Assembly: GCF_004010195.1 (NCBI RefSeq)
Contig: NC_057720.1
Span: 25,833,208 to 25,881,203 of the forward strand
Length of the DNA stretch: 47,996 nt
Source of the DNA: Chiloscyllium plagiosum
Lineage: Eukaryota
Reading direction: 5' to 3'
Numbering within the stretch: position 1 is the first letter of the stretch; each line of letters starts with the position of its first letter. Under the pieces are notes generated by a model, which worked only from the letters and a program-made list of their open reading frames with translations, made no database searches and was not told where the DNA came from. Shown here in pieces: positions 34,871-46,706 of the stretch. The translations under genes were made by a program, and so were the position numbers.

Positions 34871-36035
34871 CTCCTCAGTTTAGAGCACTAACTAAAAATA
34901 TACCCAGAGAGAAAAAAATAACCAAGGGATGCCCCGCTAAAGAAAAAATGCCAGCATACCCTCATCTTGTCAATTAATAAAGAAAGTTTGCATAACATAG
35001 AACTGATCTTGCAGAGTTATACATTATAAGCAAATATTTCTTAAACCCATTATTATCGTCTCAATCTCTGCCTATTTATAGGGCACACATGAATCCCCAG
35101 TTAACACCAAATACTTACCTATAACTAAACACAATCATTATACAATTAACAAAAAGGTTCTGCATTTGCCATAACTTGCATTTGTAATCATTCAATCTTT
35201 GGTGTGGGTTTGGCTGATTTCTGGATAATTGAAGTGAAGACACTAAACTAAATGTGCAGAAATTCCTTATAACCACTTAAACTACTTAAAACAAATCTAA
35301 ACTGGTCTTTGATGTTTAACTTTGAAGGGTGAATGTATTTGTGACAGTGGGGAAATGAACATTGCAGATAAGTAAAGCTTCTCCAAATATTTAACTTACA
35401 AGCTATAAGAAAACAAGTCTCTAAAATATATATAAATTGATTAAATTTAGTCAATAGACGGTTACATTATTTGAAGCTGAGACACACGCCTTTTGGAGTA
35501 CACAAGGTGTTTTCTATTCATTCTCCTGACTGGAAACCTCATTTGCATTTTTATGTCTAGTTTTGCTCTTGCCCTCTAACATATACAGGGTATTCATTGT
35601 AACCCACCAAAGGGACACTTTCTCTTGCCTGAAGTTTAATATAAATATGATTAGTGTCAACAGCATATTTCTTGCAGATTAAGTATACCATGTTTTGCAA
35701 GTTAAGTTTTCTAGTAGTCATATTTTAATATTTTCCTTTTATTCTTATCACACGGATATCCATCATAAGATCTGAATCTTAAAGCAAGTGCAATTATTCC
35801 AAAATTTTGAACCTAGGCCACTTAGCCAATCTTCATTCATACCAAATTTTTAATATCAGCATTTCTGAAGTAACCTACTCAAAATGAGGTTTGTCCTTTA
35901 GAAGAGTACATTCAGATATAAAAATTGGCTTCTAGTACTGTGTCTAAATGAAAACGGCTAAATTTTAGTCAATTTGAGAATAGCAGCTCTGATATCAATA
36001 GTTTATAAAGCAAACAAGGTACTATCGCTGCCTCT

Positions 36036-36248
36036 AGGAGAAAGAAGGACTGCAGCTACTGGAGATCAGAGTCAAAAAGTATAGGCTGGAAAAGCACAGT
36101 TGGTCAGACAGGATCCGAGGAGCAGGAGAGTCAATGTTTCAAACATAAGCTCTTCATCACATTTCTGAAGAAGGGCTTATGCTCAAAACGTCAACTCTCC
36201 TACTCCTCGGATGCTGCCTGACCGGATGTGATATTCCAGCACCACACG
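36036..36248 (-). mobile_element. Short palindromic PLE insertion, diverged
   Basis: Reverse tail at left, two opposed hammerhead remnants, TSD at(c/t)gctgcctct (36024 and 36249). Confidence 0.85.
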
Positions 36249-36621
36249 ATTGCTGCCTCTGTTAGCACTGCGATGCATCTGGTGAGTTAATGTCATCAGC
36301 TAAACTTAGGTATCGCTGTAAGAGTAAAAGTCATCACCCTTATGGCCACTGGTTACCTGGGAGGTTCACTGATTTTGTTTTTGGTGATCACCAACATATG
36401 CATATCATAACAATTCGCAAAGAGATAGCAGACTGAATACAAAAATGGATAACAATTGGAAAACAACGTGGCAAAGACTGACTTTAAAACAGTGACAAAT
36501 GTGCTGGTTTGTAGTTGAGTGCTCTTTCATGTTGTTCTGATATTGGGACATCCAGCCCAGCAGCAACCTCACCAAAGAGACTGTGGCTTACTAGGACACA
36601 CTCTGAGGTATCCAGACCTCC

Positions 36622-36646
36622 CTCTCTCTCTCTCTCTCTCTCTCTG
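36622..36646. repeat. (CT)n microsatellite
   Basis: Direct observation. Confidence 0.9.
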
Positions 36647-37804
36647 TATATTCACACCACCTATTTAGAGCAGTGAAAAGTTGTTTTGAAAATACACTTT
36701 GAACATGAGATGACATCTTGCATAAAACCTAATTGTTTTTCATTCAGTTGTCAGATTGCGCATTGTTGCTGAGCACAGGCTGGGTTTACACTATGGCCAA
36801 ATCATCCAGGGACTTACATGCAGCAGGTAGCTGATGGGAAAGTTGTGGGCTGTTTATTTCCAATTGTTCAGTCAGCTGCCTACTACATCCAAGGCCCTGC
36901 CTGTGGCACAAGATATCAAAAGCATTCCTGATATAATTACAAAGTGAGGCTGCATGGCAGTGACATCAATATCATGAAATGAACCTCATTAATGGTAGCC
37001 AATTTATTCAGCCATAGAAAATCTCTGAAAAGATTAATATCATTGATTAATAAAAAGATAAAAACAGCGTTGTATATGTGGAAACCACTAAAGACAGAAT
37101 TTTTTTCAATTAACTTCTATAATACTCAATTTAGTGAAATTGCATTTAAATAAAATGGATTTTGGTAGCATTGAACCTTTAATCCAGAGATTAAGAAGTT
37201 TCCAGAAACCAATTTAACACCACAAATCGCAATAAGATAAACGATATCACAATATTTCCAGCTGACTTTGTCACTGATTTGTTTCAACTTGTTTCATAAT
37301 TTCAGCAAAAGACTGCTGCTCTCCTCCAAAACATATTCTTCATGACTGCACAGTATAACGGGTTGTTTGTAAAAATAAGAAACAAAAATTATTTTAGAAC
37401 CCTTATAATACTGGGTGTGTGTGTTTTCTATGGGTGCAGACTGATAAAAATATAGTTATATTCATAAACATCACAGGAACCTAAGGTTCGTGATTGCAAA
37501 GACTGCTCTTAGTGAGCATGTCTGCACAACATCACTCAATGACAAGCAGTAATTCATTTCATACTGAAGCTTGGGGATTAATATTTTTGTTTATTTTGTC
37601 GTTATCTCAATGAAACCTCAAAATAACAAGTACAGGATAGGTCAAAAAATCTAATATTGACAAATGAGGAATGTATCTCAATGCACAGATTACTTAATTT
37701 CTAAGCATATTTTTACAATCATAATATATAAACACAATAATTTGAGACTTAAAGGGCAGGCAATGGCACAACCAACTTTTAGATGAGAAGCTAAATCAAG
37801 GACA

Positions 37805-38068
37805 TTTCTGCCTTTTCAAGTCGATATGAAAGATTCCACAGTACTAATTCCAAAAACAGGGCTAATATTCCCAATGATCTGGTTAATATTTATCCTTCAA
37901 CCAACATAATTAAGGCAGCCTTATTTTATTGTTACTTGCTCTGAGCATGTTGGCTGCTGCGTTTCCGACATTTCAACACGAGCCACACTTTGAGAGATAT
38001 GATGCCTGTAAAACAATCTGGGGCATCCGGAATTGGGAAAAAGCGATATAAATTCAAATCTTCCTTTG
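37805..38068 (+). mobile_element. Deu-domain SINE (SacSINE1/AmnSINE1-like), decayed
   Basis: aaagattccacagtacta...aatatttatccttcaaccaacat...ttggctgctgcgtttcc...tataaattcaaatctt follows the recalled Deu consensus. Confidence 0.65.
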
Positions 38069-38552
38069 CTTTGCAATCCTCCAACAATTTGTTGACTGGA
38101 TGATCTGTATATTTGCCTGACTACACATGGATGAATAGTATCTCTCAAAATACCAAGATGGAATCATTCACCAGATTGGAATCTATTCCATTGAGCTGAA
38201 CTACAGCAACATGGCAAATTAACAATACGTTGATATTGTAGAAGGCTACGTTTTCAAAAAGTTTTACTTTTCAACCTCAAATCATAAAATAAAAATGTTG
38301 CATAAGGAAGATTGAATCAAACTGCCATGTTTGTTTTTGCACTGGATCTTTCCTTGAATTAGTCCTTGCAATATGCAAGTACTGGGAGTGAATTCCATTC
38401 ATTCATACTATTAAATTAATGGTGCCACAATCTGCCCATACATGGAAGGAGCACTTATTTAAGCTAAATAAAAATCTAAAAGTGGACCTTCATGACATTA
38501 CCAGAATAACAGCATGATATCAGGCATTGAACTGGAAATACAATGATAATTA

Positions 38553-38800
38553 TAGTGAGAGGGAAAAGATTTAAAGGGACAAAGGAGTAACGTTTTCACA
38601 GAGGATGCTTAGTATGCGAAATAATCTGCCGGAGGATGCAGGTACGGTTACAACATTGAAAAGACATTTAGACAGGTACATGAATAGGAAACGATTAGAA
38701 GGAAGTGGGCAGAAGCAAGCAAATGGAACTAGCTAGCTTAGGAAACTTGGCTGGCATGGACAAGTTGGACTGAAGGGTCTGTTTGTACGCTGTAAGACTC
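38553..38800 (+). mobile_element. CR1 3' end
   Basis: gtgagagggaaaagatttaaagggac...ggcatggacaagttggactgaagggtctgttt. Confidence 0.8.
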
Positions 38801-39484
38801 CAACTTCCCATTCACCAAAGGAAACTATGCATTTTTCAGATGTCAATGAATTGAATGAGCATTTTATACAGTTTAATGCAAGTTCTTACAACACAAATAC
38901 ATTTTTTTAAAATTGGTTGCAAAAACCTTAAGGTTTTGATGAACAATTAAAAAAAAATAATTCGTTAACTATTTATAATTCAAATTCAATGTAAATTATA
39001 AATGTGGGCACTAGAAAGATGGATATAAACAAAATCATTGCACTTATAGTGGGTAACCTGAAGAGGAAAGAGACACACGAGATTAATTTGGACAATGCCA
39101 GATCTGGAATGTTCGTTTTATAAATAGGCATGTGAAAAATCAATAAACTTCTGTGCCTTGGATATCCTTTGTCGAACATGTTGTTGATCATAATATTATA
39201 CGCTCTTAAGCCTTCCCAATCTAATAATCTGTCTCCTTATAAATCACTGAGAAAAAGGCATCTGGGTTTGAATATGACTGGAGCAGCAGCATAGTCACTT
39301 AAATTAATAACCTGCTTCTTCGAAAACGTTATTTGCTGTCAAGGAACTGACATTAAAATCAGAGAATATTTTTACCATGTGATTTCTTCCACTACTTAAC
39401 TCTTTCCAAGCTTTTGGAGACCTTACTTGTCAAATAACATGGAGAAATCCCTAACATGTAAAAGGATTAAACCAATGATTAAAA

Positions 39485-39920
39485 CATAGAAACGTTAAAG
39501 AAAAAGACAGGAGTAGGCCATTCAGCCCTTTTAGTCTGCTGTGTCATAGATTACGATCATGTCCGATCATCCAACCCAATAATCTGTTTCTCTGCGATAT
39601 CCTTTGAGACTAACCCAAAGTACCACATCCAACTCCTTTTAATCACATGTTTTGGCCTAGACAGCTTTCTTTGGTAGCAAACTCCACAGGCTCACCACTC
39701 TCTGGGTAAAGAAATTTCTCCTTCTCTTAGTCCTAATGGTTCACAATGTATCCTTAGGTACATCATTAGGAATATCCTTCTTGCATATACTTTGTCTAGA
39801 CCTGTTAGAATTTTATAAGTTTCCATTATATTCTCCCTTATTCCTCGGAATTCCAGCAAATATAATCCCAATCAATTGAATCATTCCTCATACGTCAGTT
39901 CTAACTTCCCAGGAGTCAGT
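39485..39920 (-). mobile_element. Old CR1 3' fragment
   Basis: acaggagtaggccattcagccc 3' UTR and caccactctctgggtaaagaaatttctc. Confidence 0.7.
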
Positions 39921-40443
39921 TCAGTTAAAACAAGTTAAATACCACAAATTTTGGAAATCTGAAATAAGGAGAGAAGTGTTGAAGGCGGCAGGACAGACAG
40001 TATCAGTGGAGAGAAAACCAGAGATTGGATCCATTCGTAACCAAAGAGGCTGGAAGGTAGCTTCTCAAAACAGATTTTTGTTTTGGTGGCTCTCATATGT
40101 CAAAGCATTGAGATTCTGATTCTGGCTTTTCCAACCCATTGGTCACATCCTGTAACTGATTAGTGAAGCTTTGCCACTTAAGGAAACAAAAGAATGAGTG
40201 GAACCATTCCACATGTGAGATTACAACTGAGTTAGAGTGTCATAGGGTAGCAAGGCTGCTCTTCACACACCCATCCTGCTGTTGGAGATATCACTGGGCA
40301 TCCTGCCAAGAATTGGTTCTTTGCAGGTGGAAAGGAAGGAAAACCTATCTTAGAAACTGAGCTGGCGTATCTGAACGTTGCTCAGGGGATATGGTCACTT
40401 GTATATGGATAAAGGACGTCATCAGGACAGGATAGATGAATGA

Positions 40444-40852
40444 GGTAAAAACAATGACTGCAGATGCTGGAAACCAGATTCTGGATTAGTGGTGAACAGC
40501 TTCCTCATTTTCCCTTCCCCCACCTCATCCTAGTTTCTAACCTCCAGCTCAACACTGTCTCCTTGACTTGTCCAGACTTGTCCGACCTGCCTAGCTCCTT
40601 TTCCACCTATCCACTCCACCCTCTCCTCCCTGACCTATCACCTTTATCTCCTCCCCCTCTCACCTATTGTACTCTATGCAAATCTCTTCCCACCCCCACC
40701 CTCCTCTAGCTTATCTCTCCACGCTTCAGGCTCTCTGCCTTTATTCCTGATGAAGGGCTTTTGCCCGAAACGTCGATTTTGCCAGTCCTCGGATTTTGCC
40801 TGTCCTCAGATGCTGCCTGAACTGCTGTGCTCTTCCAGCACCACTAATCCAG
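40444..40852 (+). mobile_element. PLE pLTR insertion: reverse tail at left, direct pLTR body
   Basis: Perfect 16-bp TSD caggatagatgaatga (40428 and 40850); hammerhead core at 40747-40774. Confidence 0.92.
40747..40774 (+). ncRNA. Minimal hammerhead ribozyme core (PLE-associated)
   Basis: CUGAUGA-A-GGGC-UUUU-GCCC-GAAA-C-GUC. Confidence 0.78.
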
Positions 40853-40989
40853 GATAGATGAATGACATTCCAAATCCGACCAACCCCTCTGCCATTGCAC
40901 TCAGCATCCTCAAAGTTAACACAGCTTGCAGGTTCTTCTTCTCTTCTCTGCCAAGGCCTGGCTTCTTGATCCCCTGCATTGATGGAACT

Positions 40990-41560
40990 TAAAGGATTAC
41001 AATAAAGCGTTTGAGCAGAGAGTTCCAGATCTTTGACCCAATGATGGTAAATTAACAGCAACTGTTCAGAGTTAGATGTGAATGGCTTGGGGAAGGAACT
41101 GCAGGTGGTTTTCCCATGCATCTGCTGCCCTAATTCTTCTTGTTAGTTATTATTGTGTGTTGGGAAGATTTTGTCAAAAGTGAGTTGTTACAGGCCACTT
41201 GTAAATTGTAAATACTGCTGTCTATGCTATTGGAGCAAGTAAATATTGAGAAAGTGTTAAATGGGGTGCCAATCAAGTGGCTGATTTGTTCTGGATTGAT
41301 ACACATCTTCATTGTGATAAAGGTGCAATCATCCAAGCAACTGATAGGATTCCATTACAATCCTGACTTGCACCTTGGAGATGGTGGACAGACTTTGGGG
41401 AGACAGGAGGCGAGTCCAGCCTCTGACCTGTTTTTGTAGCCACAACATTTATGCGGCCGATTGTAACTCCTCAGGATACTAACACTGGGGACTTCAATGA
41501 TGGTAGCACATTAACTGTCCAGGGATGACAGTTAGATTCTCAGTTGTTGCCCTTGTCATT
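40990..41560 (-). mobile_element. Family-B LINE 3' fragment
   Basis: gagttccagatctttgaccca...ggaactgcaggtggt...cctgacttgcaccttggagatggtggacag. Confidence 0.7.
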
Positions 41561-41989
41561 GCCCACAAGTACACCTTAAGCAAAGTCTTGGCATGCATGG
41601 CAATTGGACTTTATCAGATTGGTGACAGAAGAGATAAAGCGCAGGTCAGGCAGTTTTCACTGGTGTCTCCATAGGCACAAAAACCCACAGGTAATTGTCT
41701 CGGGTACCATAGCACTCAGCATGAGTGAACAATTAGTCTCCAGCTCTGATAATGCCACTGGAATAACACCAGAGAAGCAATAGGAAAAGGAAGGGAAAGA
41801 ATTTGTAGGCTCGTAGAAGAAATCACTTGGATTTTAAGTGTATGCACAAGTGCCATTTTTATTTTCAATGGTGTATGCAACTTTATGTTTATTTGATGCC
41901 TCCATTATCCAGTCATCTCCTGGATCATAGCTGATACTTGCAGCTTGCCAATAGTTGTCAATTTTGTGCAAGATTTTTAAAAGTCTTGT

Positions 41990-42420
41990 TTCATTGGTCA
42001 TTCACAGGTTGTAGGTATCAATGGCCAGGTGAGAACTAATCATATTCCTGTGGGTCTGGAGTTATAGGAGAAAGTGAGAACTGCAGATACTGGAGTATCA
42101 GAGTCGAGAGTGTGGTGCTGGAAAAGCACAGCAGGTCGGGCAGCATTCAAGGAGCAGGAGAATCAACATTTCGGGCATATTGCTTCTCCTGCTCCTCGGA
42201 TGCTGCTTGACCTGCTGTGCTCTTCCAGCACCACACGCTCGGTCTGGAGTTACAGGTAGGTAAGCCCAAGTAAGGATGGCAGATTTCCTTCCCTCAAGGG
42301 CATAGTGAACCAGATGGGTTTTTAAAACAATTTACGAACCATTAGACTCATGAATACAATAGTAAAAGGATTCTGGATTTAAGTTTTAACCCAGGTCCCA
42401 AGAATATTACGCAGGACTTA
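41990..42420 (-). mobile_element. tRNA-derived SINE (34568 family) interrupted by PLE
   Basis: gtgggtctggagt...ggtaaggatggcagatttccttccct...agtgaaccagatggg. Confidence 0.7.
42066..42240 (-). mobile_element. Short palindromic PLE insertion
   Basis: Reverse tail and inverted arms; TSD ggtctggagtta(t/c)agg (42053 and 42241). Confidence 0.88.
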
Positions 42421-42689
42421 CCCATTCACCTGGAAAGGGCAGGTGAAGGCCTGTCAGTGAGAGAGACCAATACATTAATGTGGAACAGTTTTGTGCCGGG
42501 GGATGGGTTGTTGCACTGGCGGCTCAGAATTAGTGAGCCAAATGCTGTCCAGCTTAAGGTTAGCTGAAGCAAGGCAGAATCCTGCTCCCATCATCCCTGG
42601 GGAGCTATGTTGATGCCTTCAGGTATCCTGGCCATATCAGGTTCATTCTCTACCTTCTGCAGGTTCAGTGCACCACTACCTTACTCCAC

Positions 42690-43740
42690 TTGCTGTGAGA
42701 CATTGTGCAAGTGTACAGGCCTCTAGCCTTCTTAGCACTTTTGCTAGCCCATAGTGAAGGGTTTCTGCAGATGAATTCCCCCTCCCCAACAACATAGTCA
42801 CACCTTCAGCATCCCAACGATCAGCTCAATGAACACTCATTCATTTGGCTTCTGTTGTTGTTTTGCTGGTACCAGTTAGAGGATTCCTCATGTCATCAGC
42901 CACGTCCTTTTGAGAATAGTCACCATCTTTAAGGAGACATCCACTAAATTTGCTTGGAGATGTTACCTGTAGGAGGCTGCAGAATGAAAGCCCCATGGCA
43001 GATTCCTGGGCATTTTGCTCACATGCACATGGTGGTCACATATCGGCTGAACAGGAATTGAAAGGGCCTCTAGTCTATTCATGAAGGCTTGATATGAGGG
43101 TGATTGGAATGCCACACAGCTGCTGCTTCCAATTCCCAGTCCCTGTGAGAATCTAACAGAGCAGCAAATTTTCAATTTGACTGGCTTCATCTGATAACCA
43201 TGTTGGGAAGAGATTGCAAGATGTACAAAAAAAGTCACCAGATCACAGGAAACAATGAGGTAGAAGAAAGGACTGCAGTTTAATTTATCTTGTGCATTAA
43301 CCCAAACTCTTACTTTTACATTGAAATACAGATCTGCAATTTCTCTAGGCTGTGGGTGTCTGCACAGACATTACTCCTCATCTCTAAGTGAGGCTCGTCA
43401 ACTCCTTATGTGCTAGACACTCCTTTATCTATGTCAGTACATAACTGGTTCTCAGATATAGCTTTGTAGTGTCATGCTGAAGACCTCTCATTTCACATGC
43501 TCATTCGAGCCTGGTGCCTACTCTCTTTGTGAGGTCCCAGTCATGTGATCAGTACATTACCATGACTTACAGGAATGTCAGTGAGCCACAGGAGGTACTT
43601 GACTGCCAGTGTTACTGCTTGCCCATCTGGTCCACCAGGATGGGGAAGGGCTCCTTTTAGAAGATTGCAAATGTCAGCAAATACTGAGTATGACAGCCTG
43701 CATCTCCTTAGGAATTGTTGCTTGAGAATGCTCAAAAATC
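42690..43740 (-). pseudogene. Fossil PIF/Harbinger DDE transposase
   Basis: Collinear degenerate motifs: QQFLRRCRLS...ICNLL...LAVK; AFQSPS...FMNR...SIPVQPICDH; GCLLKDGDY / TWLMT.RNP; IELIVGMLK; CTLHN. Confidence 0.7.
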
Positions 43741-44361
43741 TATCCTTTGTCTATAGATCTGGCTCTCTATCACCTTTGGAGCTGGAACCCTACGCTCACT
43801 ATCTGGGCTTTAGAGTGGAAAGTAGCTGTGGACAAGGCAGCTCCTGATGTTGTTCCTACTCCATAAGGAGTACCTGCACCTCTTGTTCATCATCAACGGT
43901 TTAAGCTACATAATCAATTATTCTCCTATTCTTATCTGAAACCTGACAGACATGGACCAAAGACAAAGAAATAAAAAAGGTTACGGGAAAATGGGCTGAA
44001 CCTTCTTTTGGGTCAGTCCGAGCTCCATTGAATTTTCTTTGCATGAATTTCTGTGAGGTCCAGTGAGTTTTCTTTCTATATCTTACCAAACTCACCTTAA
44101 CACCCTGGCACAATGGCTTCTGTGACATCCCATTGTAGTTCTCTCTCACCACACATTAGTTCCAGAAAAATCCAGAATGTCCCAGAATTCACTGCCATGC
44201 CTTGCATCCACACCATCTTTCGAAATCCACTGTATACTCCAATAAACACTATCAGTTTGGAGCTGCCCTGCATGGTTCTGGACCTTTACCCCAAATATGG
44301 GGCAAGCAGCACCCTTCTTTGGTGGCCTGGAGATCCAGCTGGATGGATTCAGACCAACACT

Positions 44362-46310
44362 TGGCAAAAGTGAGGACTGCAGATGCTAGATATCAGAGTC
44401 TAGATTAGAGTGGTACTGGAAAAGCACAGCAGGTCAGGCAGCATCTGTGGAGCAGGAAATGAGGAAACTGGTGAAGTCCACATTGGAACACTTCAACCCC
44501 AGGGCATCAAAGTGGTAGATGAGGCGTTCTTCCTCCAGGTGTCAGGTGGTGAGGGAGTAGCGGTGGAGGAGGCCCAGGACCTGCTTGTCTTCGGCAGGGT
44601 GGGGGGAGTTGAAATGTTGGCCATGGGACAATGGGGTTGATTGGTGCGGGTTTCCCGGAGATATTCCCCAAAGCGCTCTGCGAGAAGGCGTCCAGTCTCC
44701 CCAACGTAGAGGAGACCACATCGGGAGCAACAGATACAATAAATGACATTGCTGAATGTGTAGGTGGAACTTTGATGGATGTGGAAGGCTCCTTTGGGGC
44801 CTTGGATGGTGGTGAGGGAGGTGGTGTGGGCGCAGGTTTTGTGATTCCTGCAGTGGCAGGGGAGGGTGCCAGGACAGTGTTTTAAAAAATTCTCAAGGTC
44901 GAGGACCAGGCTCGCAGGAAAGTAGTCTGACACAGAACTTTAACCACGTGGGAAGGGAAATTGTGGTCTCTAAAGAAGGAGGCCATCTGGTGTGTTTTGT
45001 GGTGGAATTGGTCCTCCTGAGAGCAGATACAGCGGAGACAGAGGAATTGTGAATACGGGACGGCATTTTTGCCAGAGGTAGGGTGGGAAGAGGTATAATC
45101 CAGGTAGCTGTGGGAGTTGGTCGGTTTGTAAAAAACATGTCAGTGTCAAGTCAGTCATCATTAATGGAGATGGAGAGGTCCAGGAAGAGGAGGGAAGTGT
45201 CAGAGATGGTCCAGGTGAATTTAAGGTCAGGGTGGAATGTGTTGTTGAAGTTGATGAACTGTTCAACCTCCTCGCGGTAGCGCAAGGTGGCACCGATGCA
45301 GTCATCAATGTAGCAGAGGAAGAGGTGGGGAGTGGTGCCGGTGTAACTACGAAAGCTAGACTGTTCTATGTAGCTGACAAAGAGACATGCATAGCTGGGG
45401 CCCATGCAGGTGCCCATGGCTACCCCTATTGTCTGGAGGAAGTGGGAGTATTCAAAGGGGAAATTGTTGAGGGTGAGGACCAGTTCAGCCAAACAAATGG
45501 AAGTGTCAGTGGAAGGGTACTGTTGGGGACATTGGGAGAGGAAGAAATGGAGGGCTTGGAGATCCTGGTCATGGCAGATGGAGGTGTATGGGGATTGGAT
45601 GAACATGGTGAAGATGAGGCATTGGGTGCCAGGGAAATTGAAGTCTTGGAGGGAGTGGAGGGCATGGGTGGTGTCTCAAATGTATGTGGGGAGTTCCTGA
45701 ACTAGGGGGAATAGGACAGTATCGAGGTAGGTGGATATGAGTCCAGTGGGGCAGGAGCAGGCTGAGACAATGGGTTGGCCGGGGTAGCCAGACTTGTGGA
45801 TCTTGGGAAGGAGTTAGAAACGGATGGTGTGGGGTTTCCGGATTATGAGATTGGAAGCTGTGGTTGGGAGATCTCCTGAGGTGATGAGGTTCTGTATGGT
45901 CTGGGAGATGATGGTTCAGTGATTGGGGTGGGTGGGGTCATGGTCATGGGGCGGTAGGAGGAGGTGTCTTCGAGTTGGTGTCTGGCTTCAGTGGTATAGA
46001 GGTCAGTGCGCCAAACTACCACTGCACCCCTTTATCTGCTGGTTTGATGGGGAGGCTGGGATTGGAGCAGAGGGAGTGAAGGGCTGCGCGTTGTGAGGGT
46101 GAGAGGGGTAGACAGATTAAGGGAGTTAATGTCCCGGTGGCAGTTGGAAATGAAGAGGTCGAGTGCGGGTAATAGGCCAGCAGTGTCCAGGTGAATGGCG
46201 TGTGCTGGAGGCGGGCAAAGGGGCCCTCAGAAGGTGGGCAGGAGTCCTGATTGACAAAGTAAGCTCGGAGCGGAGGAAGAATTGTTCGACGTCATGGCGC
46301 GTATTAAATT
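44362..46310 (-). mobile_element. Penelope-like retroelement (RT + GIY-YIG), decayed, 5'-truncated
   Basis: RT motifs LNNF..., GVAMGTCMGPSYA, YIDD, FHPDLKFT, FLDL; GIY-YIG NVIYCICCSRCGLLYVGETGRLLAERFGE; pLTR tail at 44362-44400 with the hammerhead region deleted. Confidence 0.95.
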
Positions 46311-46542
46311 CAACCCTTCACCATTGTCAAACAGACATTGAAGCAAGCCTATAACAGCCCATTGTAGGCTAAATGGTCTTCTGTTATTACATATATTTCT
46401 GCATCAACTTAGTAGGATGACAATTATAAATGTTACAGCATTTGTTTCATCTAATTCTCCTTTCTGACTCATTTTGTTTTTCCCCACCTGTTTTGATTGA
46501 ATGTTGGATGATCTTCCCTTTGAAGTAGAAGCAAGCGGGGAT

Positions 46543-46555
46543 CCAAGATGGCAGC
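46543..46555 (+). promoter_or_regulatory. Candidate YY1 site at the L1 5' end
   Basis: CCAAGATGGCAGC directly after GGGGAT. Confidence 0.55.
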
Positions 46556-46706
46556 AACCCAGCAAGTCTGAGTCTACAGTGCTCCTCCCAAGACTTGGGT
46601 AAAGTGGGTCACCCACCCCCACCACACTCACCAAATCATTCATAATAGCTGTTTAATTTAATTAGTTGCTTAGTATTACATTTAAACAATCTGATATTTA
46701 GTAAAA

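Noticed and set aside
45232..45705. 157-aa plus-strand ORF
   Set aside because: Antisense to the Penelope RT.
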